Source of the DNA: a virus
Taxonomy: Duplodnaviria > Caudoviricetes
Length of the DNA: 53,733 nucleotides
Reading direction: 5' to 3' (one strand)
Virus record (IMG/VR): IMGVR_UViG_3300027126_000252
Location: 1-53,733 of that record
Positions within the stretch are counted from its first letter, which is position 1. Every line of letters begins with the position of its first letter. The notes under the pieces were generated by a model. The model saw nothing but the letters and a program-made list of their open reading frames with translations. It was not told the DNA's origin and searched no databases. Positions 20,096-29,591 of the stretch are shown here, piece by piece. Both the position numbers and the translations under genes were made by a program.

Positions 20096-21082
20096 ATGAC
20101 TCTTTTAAAAACATTTAATGACTATTTACTTTCCCCACAATACTCAAGCATCGACTCAAGAGATCATATTGACCTATCTTCACAATTAAAAGATAAACAC
20201 ACTTTACCTATTATCTCTTCCCCTATGACTACTGTCACAGAAACTGATATGGCTCTCGCTATGGAATCTAAAGGTGGTTTAGGTATTATTCATAGATATA
20301 ACAGTATAACTGACCGTACCCATCTTTCTTTTAATGCTAATAAAGCCTGTGTTGCTTTTGGTTGTAATGAATTAGACAGTATAGATAAATTCATCCATGC
20401 AGGTATCACAACTTTTTGTTTAGATGTTGCACATGGTCATACTAAAATTGTAGGTGAGACCTTAAAAGAATTGAAAGCAAGACATAAAGAAATCTATGTG
20501 ATTGCAGGTAATGTAGCTACACAAGACGGGTATGAGTTTTTAATTGATCATGGTGCAGATGCAGTTCGTGTAGGTATCGGTGGGGGGTCTATTTGTACTA
20601 CAAGAATCCAAACAGGTCATGGTATTCCTACTTTAGCTAGTGTTTTTGATTGTGCTAAATCTACATATGGGAAACCTATTATTGCTGATGGAGGAATTAA
20701 GACCACAGGAGATATGGTGAAGTGTTTAGCTGCAGGTGCAGATTTTGTTATGTTAGGGTCATATTTAGCAGGTACAGATGAAGCACCAGGCAGAGTACAT
20801 ACAGATGAACATGGGAATAAGTATAAGAAGTATGTGGGTATGGCAAGTAAAGAAGCACAATCTCAATGGAGGGGTACGGTAAGATCAGTAGAAGGTGTAA
20901 GTCATCAAGTGAATTACAAAGGATCAGTGTTAGCTATATTAGATGAGATAGCTATTAACATTAAGAGTGGTTTAAGCTATAGTGGAGCTAGAAATATTAG
21001 AGAATTACAATTAACAGCTAAGTGGGTAGAGATTAGTAATCAGGCATATGCTGAGAGTCAAGCACATATCTTTAATGGTTAG
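20096..21082 (+). CDS. guaC: IMPDH/GMP reductase family enzyme without CBS domains; more likely GMP reductase
   Basis: SSPMTTVTE, GGLGIIHR, DVAHGH, AGNVAT, VGIGGGSICTTR catalytic loop, IIADGGI, GMAS; short flap lacks the Arg-Tyr dyad of IMPDH. Confidence 0.75.
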   Translation: MTLLKTFNDYLLSPQYSSIDSRDHIDLSSQLKDKHTLPIISSPMTTVTETDMALAMESKGGLGIIHRYNSITDRTHLSFNANKACVAFGCNELDSIDKFIHAGITTFCLDVAHGHTKIVGETLKELKARHKEIYVIAGNVATQDGYEFLIDHGADAVRVGIGGGSICTTRIQTGHGIPTLASVFDCAKSTYGKPIIADGGIKTTGDMVKCLAAGADFVMLGSYLAGTDEAPGRVHTDEHGNKYKKYVGMASKEAQSQWRGTVRSVEGVSHQVNYKGSVLAILDEIAINIKSGLSYSGARNIRELQLTAKWVEISNQAYAESQAHIFNG

Positions 21083-22086
21083 AGAATTTCTAGTAATTGT
21101 CTTCTAAATTGAGGATTTTCAGAGGCTAGTTTAAAGGTTTGAGTGTATAAATTTGATAGAGCATCTTTAGCTTTACCGTACCATAAACTAAAAAATTCAG
21201 ATGTGTTTTTAATAATAGGAGTAAAGAATTTAACAGTTTGAGACCAAGACCATTTAAGGAATCGGATAATGTCATTAACAATAACAATAGGAATAGCTTT
21301 AATAAAGACATCTTGTTTTCTGATAAATTGAGCTGAATCTTTAAGATCAAGTAGTATTAGAGACCCAACTACAAGAGCAATAACTTCTAGAATACCATGC
21401 CCAATTTTACCAAGAATAACAGCAATACTGCCAGTACCACCAAAAAACATAACAATAAAACTGACAACACTAATTTCTAGGATAGTTATAGCCAATTCAG
21501 CAGTATATAATTTAGAAACTTCTTTAATCTCAGCGACTGCATAATAGAATTTTTGATATCCAGAACCAAGAAAATCTGTAATTGTTTCGCCTAAGACATT
21601 CTCAATAGTATCTTTAAATTCTTCCATAGAAACATCAAGAGCTTGTACTATTTCTTCTGGAGTATCAGCTTTTGTTATTCTAGCAATAAAAGCCAAAGAA
21701 TCTGAAGCACTCCCTGCACTCTTAGCTTTTTTACTAATAAGTTTTTCAAAATCATTTTTGGGTCTAGCTACAATTTTTTCCATTCTTCTAATCTTATTAG
21801 CAAGACCTGTTTCAACAATAATTTTTTGAAAAGATTCTAAAAATCCGGATGGAATAGTTTCTTTAAAAGACTTAGCGATTTTATTTGTAAGCTCTGAGAA
21901 GACTCCTATTTTTACTTCAGCTTGTTCTACAGGAGATAGACTTTCTAAAGCAACTTCAGCACCGCTTTCACTAGCGAGTCTCATGTTGTTTTGGGAAAGA
22001 GCTTTTAAGCAAGCTCTCTGAAGAGCTTGGCTATTATTAGTATTAGAAGCTAATTTATATAGCTTTTGTATAGTAGTTTTATTCAT
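21079..22086 (-). CDS. Hypothetical protein with hydrophobic helices; putative virion-internal protein
   Basis: 335-aa ORF; central hydrophobic hairpin; KLAS/RLAS motifs at both ends. Confidence 0.6.
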   Translation of the reverse strand: MNKTTIQKLYKLASNTNNSQALQRACLKALSQNNMRLASESGAEVALESLSPVEQAEVKIGVFSELTNKIAKSFKETIPSGFLESFQKIIVETGLANKIRRMEKIVARPKNDFEKLISKKAKSAGSASDSLAFIARITKADTPEEIVQALDVSMEEFKDTIENVLGETITDFLGSGYQKFYYAVAEIKEVSKLYTAELAITILEISVVSFIVMFFGGTGSIAVILGKIGHGILEVIALVVGSLILLDLKDSAQFIRKQDVFIKAIPIVIVNDIIRFLKWSWSQTVKFFTPIIKNTSEFFSLWYGKAKDALSNLYTQTFKLASENPQFRRQLLEIL

Positions 22087-22087
22087 T

Positions 22088-22756
22088 TTAGAAAAACACT
22101 CGACTTCTAAGAGATTCTAACATTTCCATAGCTTCATAAGAAACTACAAATAGACCTGGTTCTTTACGATCAATAGAATTTAAAGCAACATTTAAAGCTG
22201 CAATGATCTTTGCACTATCCTCAAAGAAATACATAAGATTTTCACCAGCAACGATAATATTCTCATTAAGACTATTAGCAAGTTTTGTACAGCTAGTCTT
22301 AATTTGTCTTAAAGAAGGATCACTATAAATACGATTCGTAGAGACCATATCATATAAATTACTCATTCTTTTTAAGGATTGTTCTATTCGGCTACTATTA
22401 GCATTACCATAAGATGCAAATCTCTTTTGTCTTTTAGTGAGTTCATTATAGATAGCTAAGGCTTGTTCAGCTAGTTCTTCAAAACCATTACCAGCATACA
22501 TTAATTTATCAAATCTCTTAATGTTTAACATAGCTAGTTTTAAGTGATCAGCTACTTTAATATCACCACTATCACCTCTTAATTTAAAATTCTCATCATA
22601 ATTCATGACACTATCATATGTAGCACCAAAAAAAGCATAATAGCCTTTTAAAATGCTAGGACTTAGTTCTTTAACTAGACCTTCAGATAGCTTAATGATT
22701 TGAATTAAGGTAGGTAATAATGTAGGGTTATCTACTAAACCTGCATATCTTAACAT
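22088..22756 (-). CDS. Hypothetical helical protein
   Basis: 222-aa ORF, tightly packed operon, begins MLRYA. Confidence 0.7.
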   Translation of the reverse strand: MLRYAGLVDNPTLLPTLIQIIKLSEGLVKELSPSILKGYYAFFGATYDSVMNYDENFKLRGDSGDIKVADHLKLAMLNIKRFDKLMYAGNGFEELAEQALAIYNELTKRQKRFASYGNANSSRIEQSLKRMSNLYDMVSTNRIYSDPSLRQIKTSCTKLANSLNENIIVAGENLMYFFEDSAKIIAALNVALNSIDRKEPGLFVVSYEAMEMLESLRSRVFF

Positions 22757-22757
22757 C

Positions 22758-22967
22758 TTATTTTTCTCCTTGTTGTGCTTCTTCTAAAATTTCATCAAGC
22801 ATAGATAAATCATTTAATGCTTCATTTAAATTGCCAACGACTTGCATCTTTATTTCTTGTTCAACTTTTTGAATTTCTATTAAAGAGCTAACAAGCATCA
22901 TCAGATATGATCTAGAATCCGAAATTTTTTGAGAAAGTATTTTATTTTGCTGTGCATATCGGTACAT
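22758..22967 (-). CDS. Small hypothetical helical protein
   Basis: AAGGA RBS; begins MYRYA; 1-nt gap to the next gene. Confidence 0.7.
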   Translation of the reverse strand: MYRYAQQNKILSQKISDSRSYLMMLVSSLIEIQKVEQEIKMQVVGNLNEALNDLSMLDEILEEAQQGEK

Positions 22968-23047
22968 TTAAAGTTCCTTTTTTTTCTTTAATACTGTTTC
23001 TTTATATAAAGATTTTATTAAAGAGACATGAAACTTATATGAGAGAA

Positions 23048-23473
23048 TTAAATAACCCTTACCACCATATACCCTTTCCTCCAAGCATCTATTAAATTCT
23101 TCTCCACTACACTATGTCCATCCACTACAAAACAATCAGGACAATTCCTTAACTTAAAATCACATTTGCCATCCTCATATGCTAAACAAGTCTTACTATC
23201 CCCACATATACTCTCTACTTTTAATTTCTTTAAACACCCTTTAGGCTCTCTTAAACCACTCCTCATTAATGCACTTGCATCCCCCCTCATCGCCCTATCT
23301 AAATCTACCTCACTTACCACACCTATCAAATCCCCAAACTCTGTCCCCTCTAAAGTCTTATATTCCCCCCAACTGTCCTGATCATCTCTTTGTAATATTC
23401 TAGCTATCTTAGGATTACCATATGACTTATCTGTTATCGTTATAAAGATAAACCCATTTTCTCTGTACATCAT
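23048..23473 (-). CDS. Hypothetical Cys-rich protein
   Basis: Six Cys in the C-terminal half (C..C..C..C..CPDC); overlaps the upstream gene by 4 nt. Confidence 0.7.
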   Translation of the reverse strand: MMYRENGFIFITITDKSYGNPKIARILQRDDQDSWGEYKTLEGTEFGDLIGVVSEVDLDRAMRGDASALMRSGLREPKGCLKKLKVESICGDSKTCLAYEDGKCDFKLRNCPDCFVVDGHSVVEKNLIDAWRKGYMVVRVI

Positions 23474-23832
23474 AAGTATTTCTTCTTTCTCTCATCTAAA
23501 CTATTAGCTAACTTCTCAACTGTATTCTCATCTATATACTCTACTAAATCTTCTAAGACTTCTTTATTTGTTGTCATTATATAACTCACTATCGGCTTAG
23601 GCTCTTCTTCTGCATCCCCTATAACTATTGCCCTATGATGTGGCAACATATGAGTTATATTTAGTATCTCCCCTAATTTTAACCATACATTAAATACTTG
23701 GGTCTCCGTTTCTAATTCAGACTCACCCTCATAATATGCCCCACATAACTGTGTTATCATCCACTGAAATACATCTTCATCCACAACATCTTCTCTTACT
23801 GGTGGAATACCATCATCATCTTCTTCTCTCAT
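23470..23832 (-). CDS. Acidic hypothetical protein
   Basis: 120-aa ORF with ATGA overlaps on both sides. Confidence 0.7.
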   Translation of the reverse strand: MREEDDDGIPPVREDVVDEDVFQWMITQLCGAYYEGESELETETQVFNVWLKLGEILNITHMLPHHRAIVIGDAEEEPKPIVSYIMTTNKEVLEDLVEYIDENTVEKLANSLDERKKKYL

Positions 23833-24347
23833 GTTATACTCTCTAATTTAGAAAATAAATTTTTCCATTTACTGATATCATTCTTATTATTTACCATTAT
23901 TATATCATAAACCTCCCAAAATTTTAACACTACTTCTAATTCTACATTCCTATCTCTTGTAATAGACTTTAAACGATTACTTACCCTCTTCTCCCAGTCT
24001 ATATCTTCTTCTATATCATAAGGTTTATCATCCACCTTCTTCTCTTCATATTCTTTCCATGCTGATAAATTATATTTCTTCTCCAGCACCCTACAAGCAT
24101 CCCCATATTCCAACCCTTCTTTTTCCATCGTTGTTGAAATTACATCCCTTACCTTACCACAAGCAAAACAATACCATGTCTTTGTATTATGGTAATATCT
24201 AGCACTAGGCTTGGTTTCTATCCCACTACCATGTAAATCACATTTAAACTGCTGATCTGAACCGTTTAAATATACATCATAACCGTAATCTCTTAATAAC
24301 CTATCTAAAGGCACATTCTCTTTTAATCTGTCTGATCTTAAACTCAT
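23829..24347 (-). CDS. Stand-alone DNA primase zinc-binding (CHC2) domain protein
   Basis: C-DL-H...E.KPS...WYCFACG...DVI = DnaG-type CHC2 finger; no TOPRIM domain in the ORF; AAGGAG RBS. Confidence 0.85.
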   Translation of the reverse strand: MSLRSDRLKENVPLDRLLRDYGYDVYLNGSDQQFKCDLHGSGIETKPSARYYHNTKTWYCFACGKVRDVISTTMEKEGLEYGDACRVLEKKYNLSAWKEYEEKKVDDKPYDIEEDIDWEKRVSNRLKSITRDRNVELEVVLKFWEVYDIIMVNNKNDISKWKNLFSKLESIT

Positions 24348-24378
24348 AGTAGTATCTCCTTACTACTATATTATATTA

Positions 24379-25902
24379 TTATAATACATCACTCAACGGA
24401 TCATCTGCTAATTGATTGCCCGTACTCCTATTTACACTAATGATAGGCAAACTACTTGGACTATAAATCTTACCTGTGGGAAATGCTACATTCGATTGAA
24501 ATGTAGGAAATGGTGCTTGATCTCTACTCTTTAAACACTGATACTGAATACAATTCTGGGCTCTCATATCATCACCAAACCAATTCGCTATTACAACATC
24601 TGCTGATCTCTCAGCTTCATTTGCATACGACAAGTGAGTTAAGTTATATTGACCCTTATTCTTTAAAGCGTGCTGATAACCTTCACGATTTATCTGAAAT
24701 AAACACAACACAGGTATCCCTTGACCACGATTAAAGTTCATTGCTAATCTCTTTAAATCTCTAATCACTTCATTCAACTTTTCTGTGGTTGAACTATATC
24801 TATTACGACTAGATAACAATAAAGCATGGTCTACTACTATTAAATCAATCTTCTCTTTCTGTGCATAAATCTCAGCTTTAGCTTTTAAATCTTCTACTGT
24901 AAAATCAAAGCTATCCGGATTATCCCCCTCAAAGTGAATTGCCCCATATGTACCTTTATTCCTACCTAACTCTAAATCAGGTAATACATAATCAAAATAG
25001 AATGTATATTCCTCAGGACTTAAACACCCATTTCTCAATTTAACAGGATCAATACCAAAATCTACAGGACTTGAAGCATCTTGTAAACCTAATGCTATTC
25101 TTTGAGCCCGAAATTTAGGGTGCATAGAATGAATTGTATGAATTGCTCTACGGCATTGATCATAGTGCATTTCTAAACTGAAATATAAAGTACTTGTATT
25201 CACTACACTCATAACAGCTTGGTTATATACAAAGTTAATAGCACTCTTAGATTTCATATGACCTGTAAATCCTGCTAGGATATACAATTCTTTCTTCCTA
25301 AATCCACCTAAAGCATCATCAATAGGTTTAAGACCACTAATAGGTAATATCTCTCTACCACTAGCTTGTGCTTTTGTATATTGATCCTTTAAATCCCCAA
25401 TATCAGTCATAGCTTCACCACCGATACGAGAACCAAAAGTAGGGGTTAAAATATCAACTAGGTTATTTGATAAATAACGACTAGCATCACGAGGTCCTTT
25501 AAGGATTCTCTTTTTACCTTGTTCTTTTACCTCAACACCTGAACGAACGATGTCTTTTGCTTCATTCATTACTTGGAGTAATCTTTTTACTCTTACTGAT
25601 TCTACTTGTAATTCAAGTTCAGATACAAAGTCCCCTTTATAAATAGGATTTACAGCTGTTAAGACTCTTACTCTATCAGCTACTTCAATCTCCGTTTGGG
25701 ATTCAAAATGCTTAACAAGTGTATCTTGATCTGGTAAATGCCCATGATTTGCCATAAATGTTTTAACATAATCCCAAATTTTGCTATCTTCGGAACTGTC
25801 AAAAGCATAAATGCTATCTCTCAATACACTATAATTGACCAACATTTGATTAGGGTCATCCCCAACTCTTGTGTCTGGTATAACACTTCTTAAAATTCTC
25901 AT
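24379..25902 (-). CDS. dnaB: DnaB-like replicative helicase
   Basis: SGLKPIDDALGGF..KEL.ILAG, YFSLEM, LIVVDH, LKRLA, QINR, ERSADVV, KSRD; atypical Walker A (GFTGHMKS). Confidence 0.85.
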   Translation of the reverse strand: MRILRSVIPDTRVGDDPNQMLVNYSVLRDSIYAFDSSEDSKIWDYVKTFMANHGHLPDQDTLVKHFESQTEIEVADRVRVLTAVNPIYKGDFVSELELQVESVRVKRLLQVMNEAKDIVRSGVEVKEQGKKRILKGPRDASRYLSNNLVDILTPTFGSRIGGEAMTDIGDLKDQYTKAQASGREILPISGLKPIDDALGGFRKKELYILAGFTGHMKSKSAINFVYNQAVMSVVNTSTLYFSLEMHYDQCRRAIHTIHSMHPKFRAQRIALGLQDASSPVDFGIDPVKLRNGCLSPEEYTFYFDYVLPDLELGRNKGTYGAIHFEGDNPDSFDFTVEDLKAKAEIYAQKEKIDLIVVDHALLLSSRNRYSSTTEKLNEVIRDLKRLAMNFNRGQGIPVLCLFQINREGYQHALKNKGQYNLTHLSYANEAERSADVVIANWFGDDMRAQNCIQYQCLKSRDQAPFPTFQSNVAFPTGKIYSPSSLPIISVNRSTGNQLADDPLSDVL

Positions 25903-26606
25903 AACTGTGCTTTCTTAAAATCTAAACTTAAATTAGGTTTCTTTTTAGTTTGTGCAGTTGCAAAGGAATCAGCACCATTTACATTATAGATTTTCCACCC
26001 ATTTAAGGTATCTTCTAATGCACTAGACCATGCTAAATGACCCTCTTGTAAAGGCTTATTAGGTTCTTCTACTATCCATGTAGCTTTATTTAAATGCTGT
26101 CTTAATTCAATCGTTTCAATTAAAACCTCACTTGTAGCTGAATTTCTAGCCCTCTTTACACCTAATCTCACAATTAACAAGTCAGGTGCTTCAGCTAAAT
26201 CTTCTAATCCCCTTACATTAATATCTCTAATAAGATCAGGGTCTACTTTATTATCATCACTGACATTAGATAACCATGCACTAATTAGGGTAGCATCAGA
26301 TACTACTCGAATATTAAGAGTGGGGTTTCTCTCACTTAGAATAGCTGTTCTTAAATGAATAGCTAATTCTGTTTGACTTGCTATTAATCTAAGGTTTTCT
26401 TTCATCTTACCTATCATAGGACTTTTACGGTCTACAGGTACAGATGATAGGTCTTTCCATGCTTTTTCACATTGTAGTTTTAAAGCTTCTTTTAACATAC
26501 AAATACAAGGAACAGTCACAGGACTTCCCATATATACTTCTTCTGTTAAAGTAAACCCATATCCTTTACACTTAGGACAATTTTTATCTGCCATTTTCTT
26601 TAGCAT
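25899..26606 (-). CDS. DnaC/IstB-like helicase loader with N-terminal Zn ribbon and degenerate ATPase motifs
   Basis: CPKCKGYG...CIC; 'PDLLIVRLG' at the Walker B position; 'LIETIELR..LNKATWI' sensor-like region; adjacent to dnaB. Confidence 0.6.
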   Translation of the reverse strand: MLKKMADKNCPKCKGYGFTLTEEVYMGSPVTVPCICMLKEALKLQCEKAWKDLSSVPVDRKSPMIGKMKENLRLIASQTELAIHLRTAILSERNPTLNIRVVSDATLISAWLSNVSDDNKVDPDLIRDINVRGLEDLAEAPDLLIVRLGVKRARNSATSEVLIETIELRQHLNKATWIVEEPNKPLQEGHLAWSSALEDTLNGWKIYNVNGADSFATAQTKKKPNLSLDFKKAQL

Positions 26607-29529
26607 CCTCTACTAGATCATTAAAGATGTCTTTAAGTTCATTATCAGAAACACCTATTATCTTATCGGATTCTTCATCATTTTTGAGCCTTTTTCCTAA
26701 AACATTTTCTATTAAATCCATTTTATTATGTAAGGCTTTCATAACACGATCATCTACTGTCTTAGGACATACTAAATGATAACAATATACACGATCATGA
26801 ATACTACCGATACGGATCATTCTACCTATAATCTGTAAATAATCACCTGCACTCCAGGGACTATCATAAAAGATTGTTGCTTTAGCTAACTGTAAATTAA
26901 CACCTTCAGCTGCAGCCATTGTAATCAACACCACTCTTACATCAGATTTTTCATCTTGAAATGACTCTTGAGATTTCTTTCTCTCATCATCTTTTTCCCC
27001 ACCTGTAATTCTAACACACTTAATACCTTTAGCAGTAAGTTCCCTATCTAAGATATCAATCATCTTTCTAAAACGAGAGAAGATAATAACCTTTTCACCA
27101 TCAAGTTCTTCTTCGAGAAGTTCCATAAGAATTTCTAATTTACCACTATCACCTTTAACATCTACAAGTTCAGGATGGTTTACAATTTGTTGGCAATACA
27201 TAACAGCAGTAAGTTTAGTAACTTCTTTTTCTGTCATTTCACCTGTTGTAGGGTCATACTTTTCTAAGATACCACTTAAAGCTTCTTTATACTTAGAGAT
27301 TTGAACATCAGATAAAGGAGCTTCAATTCTTTTAGTAGTTAAAGGAGGTAATTCTTGGGCAACTTCATGTTTAGGTCTACCAATAAAATAGGGGTCAATT
27401 TTAATTCTGAAAGCTTCAATATCAGATTTTCTATGACCTACAACGAATTTAATTCTTTTTCTACCGATTTGTTTATCTACACAGATACAGTAATTAGACA
27501 TAAAGACATTTTTACTAGGCATAAGACCTGGTACGGTGACTCTATAAATTGCCCATGCTTCCATAAGTCTATTTTTAATAATAGTAGCAGACAAAGACCA
27601 TACTTTTTGAGCAGCACCTGAGAGGTGGGCACAGACTTGGTGAACTTGGGTAGTTTCATTTTTAAAGGCTGTTGCTTCATCAAAGATTTGAACATGATCT
27701 TTTAAATTTTGTAGTGTTTCAAAATCCATACAAGCAGTTCTATAACCCATAATAAGAACTTTAAGACCTGTATGGGCGAAGTAGTCATCATAGACCTTTT
27801 GTCTTTTCTTTTTATCACCACTTACAACAAAGCATTTAACACCATTAGTGAATTTATCAAATTCAGATGCCCATTGGTTTAATGCTGATTTAGTAGTCAT
27901 AATGACAGCTGATGTTTCGGGGTATTTATCCCATAGGTAGCTGAGGGCAGAAATTGCTTGTAAAGTGTTATGACTTGTAATTCCATTACCTACAAAAGAA
28001 TGTTCTGGGTGATCAACTTCTATATCAAACACTTCTTTTTCATCATGTGAAATAGAAACAATAGGATCATAGAAATAGTGATTATCAATCAAAGAATTTA
28101 CATCATTACTTTCTAGGTCTAAAGAAAGATAAATCTCTTTTAACTTTTTTAAGAAATCGAAAGTAGGGTTTCTTCTATTTTGTCGAATATGACCAAAAGT
28201 ATTATAAAAAGCAGTTCCGTATTTAGTAGATATACCTTGTCCTTTAAACCCATGTAAACCAACTTCGGAATAAATCTTGGTTCTAATTTCTTCGATATAT
28301 CCCTTAGAGAATGGAATGACATCAAAATTTGCATTCTTAGGAGTGTTTCTAAATCTCTCTATTTCATTAATCTTTCTTTTTGAAACAAGACCTATGGAAT
28401 CAAGGAAGAGAATGGCATTTTGACCATGTAAACCTAAATCCCAATAATCATTGGGATTATCTTTAACCTTTTTAATCTTTCTAATAGAAACAATCCCAAA
28501 AGAAAGTAAAGCTACCTGTATTTGTTTAAGCATTTTTTCAGAAGCCGATGAAACATGAATAGATCCATTTTTTACATAGGATTCACTATCTATGAAAGTT
28601 CTTAGGAAAGAAGCTAAAATTTGTTTTTTTGACTCTAGAACACAACTAGGAATCTCTTTGTCTTTAGATAGGCAACGAGGAATACCTAAAGATAATAAGA
28701 AACGATAAATATAGACACTAGAGATAGTATAGCCCCCATTAATATATCGAATAGGATATTCAAATAAAAAGTGAATTAGATATTCTAAATGTTCACACAC
28801 TTCGGGATTTAATTTTTTGTCTTGAGTGATACAAAAAAATTTCTCCTCAGTATGATTAAACCACCCTTCAGCTAAAAGGTATCCTAAGAACATAGCTAGT
28901 TCAGAATTTAAAGAACTAGGTGTTTTATATACTTTTTTATTGGGGTGTCCTTCTCCAGTATAAGAGATGTCAGTTTCTTTCCCAAAATCTTTGATAGAAC
29001 GGTCAAGGCAAACAAAATCCCCCTCTTTAAGATCGGAAAGTTTAACCCAATCTTCTTTACCATCGGATTGACGGACTAACACGGGATGAACTTGAGAACC
29101 TTCAATTTCATATCCTAAACGAGTTTTAATTTTGATAGTAGGTTTAACACCACCATAGTAAAAACTTTTAATAGGTCTCTCTTCACCCCTAACGATAACA
29201 TTCACAGGTTCGGATAAAGATGCAAAGGTATCTTGAATTTCAACTCCGGGGTTTAGACTTGAAATAGGTACTAATCCCTTATCAGTATTTACAAGAGTAT
29301 CTCCGACAACACACTTGCCAAGTCCCGTATCATCGCCGAGAACGAATCTAGGCATGGCTAAAAGGTGCATAATACCTTGAACTTGATAGTTTCTTAGTGT
29401 TAAGGGTCTACCGTTGGGCATAGTAGTTCTTAGAATTTTACTTGGGGGAGCTTTTAATTCTGTTCTTACTCGAATCTCTTTTAGCTTTGCTATTGTCTGT
29501 TGTAGCTTAGGGTCGTCTAAATAACTCAT
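26584..29529 (-). CDS. SNF2-family (SF2) helicase/translocase, intein-interrupted
   Basis: LRNYQ, LGDDTGLGK|T, DEA(T), LSATII.N, SGKL, KVIIFS, EGVNLQ, Q.IGR..RIG motifs. Confidence 0.92.
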   Translation of the reverse strand: MSYLDDPKLQQTIAKLKEIRVRTELKAPPSKILRTTMPNGRPLTLRNYQVQGIMHLLAMPRFVLGDDTGLGKCVVGDTLVNTDKGLVPISSLNPGVEIQDTFASLSEPVNVIVRGEERPIKSFYYGGVKPTIKIKTRLGYEIEGSQVHPVLVRQSDGKEDWVKLSDLKEGDFVCLDRSIKDFGKETDISYTGEGHPNKKVYKTPSSLNSELAMFLGYLLAEGWFNHTEEKFFCITQDKKLNPEVCEHLEYLIHFLFEYPIRYINGGYTISSVYIYRFLLSLGIPRCLSKDKEIPSCVLESKKQILASFLRTFIDSESYVKNGSIHVSSASEKMLKQIQVALLSFGIVSIRKIKKVKDNPNDYWDLGLHGQNAILFLDSIGLVSKRKINEIERFRNTPKNANFDVIPFSKGYIEEIRTKIYSEVGLHGFKGQGISTKYGTAFYNTFGHIRQNRRNPTFDFLKKLKEIYLSLDLESNDVNSLIDNHYFYDPIVSISHDEKEVFDIEVDHPEHSFVGNGITSHNTLQAISALSYLWDKYPETSAVIMTTKSALNQWASEFDKFTNGVKCFVVSGDKKKRQKVYDDYFAHTGLKVLIMGYRTACMDFETLQNLKDHVQIFDEATAFKNETTQVHQVCAHLSGAAQKVWSLSATIIKNRLMEAWAIYRVTVPGLMPSKNVFMSNYCICVDKQIGRKRIKFVVGHRKSDIEAFRIKIDPYFIGRPKHEVAQELPPLTTKRIEAPLSDVQISKYKEALSGILEKYDPTTGEMTEKEVTKLTAVMYCQQIVNHPELVDVKGDSGKLEILMELLEEELDGEKVIIFSRFRKMIDILDRELTAKGIKCVRITGGEKDDERKKSQESFQDEKSDVRVVLITMAAAEGVNLQLAKATIFYDSPWSAGDYLQIIGRMIRIGSIHDRVYCYHLVCPKTVDDRVMKALHNKMDLIENVLGKRLKNDEESDKIIGVSDNELKDIFNDLVEDAKENGR
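27967..29313 (-). mobile_element. Intein (449 aa) with LAGLIDADG homing endonuclease inserted in helicase motif I
   Basis: Starts CVVGDTLV right after GLGK; ends VFDIEV...HSFVGNGITSHN followed by Thr; LGYLLAEG and FLRTFIDSES blocks. Confidence 0.95.
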
Positions 29530-29545
29530 AACCTGTCCTTAATTT

Positions 29546-29573
29546 AATATAGATGATACAAACACAGTTTCAA
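29546..29573 (-). promoter_or_regulatory. Possible sigma70-type promoter for the helicase operon
   Basis: TTGAAA-N16-TATATT upstream of an AAGGA RBS and the ATG at 29529. Confidence 0.35.
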
Positions 29574-29591
29574 AAAGAAGGTGTAGTGAGA

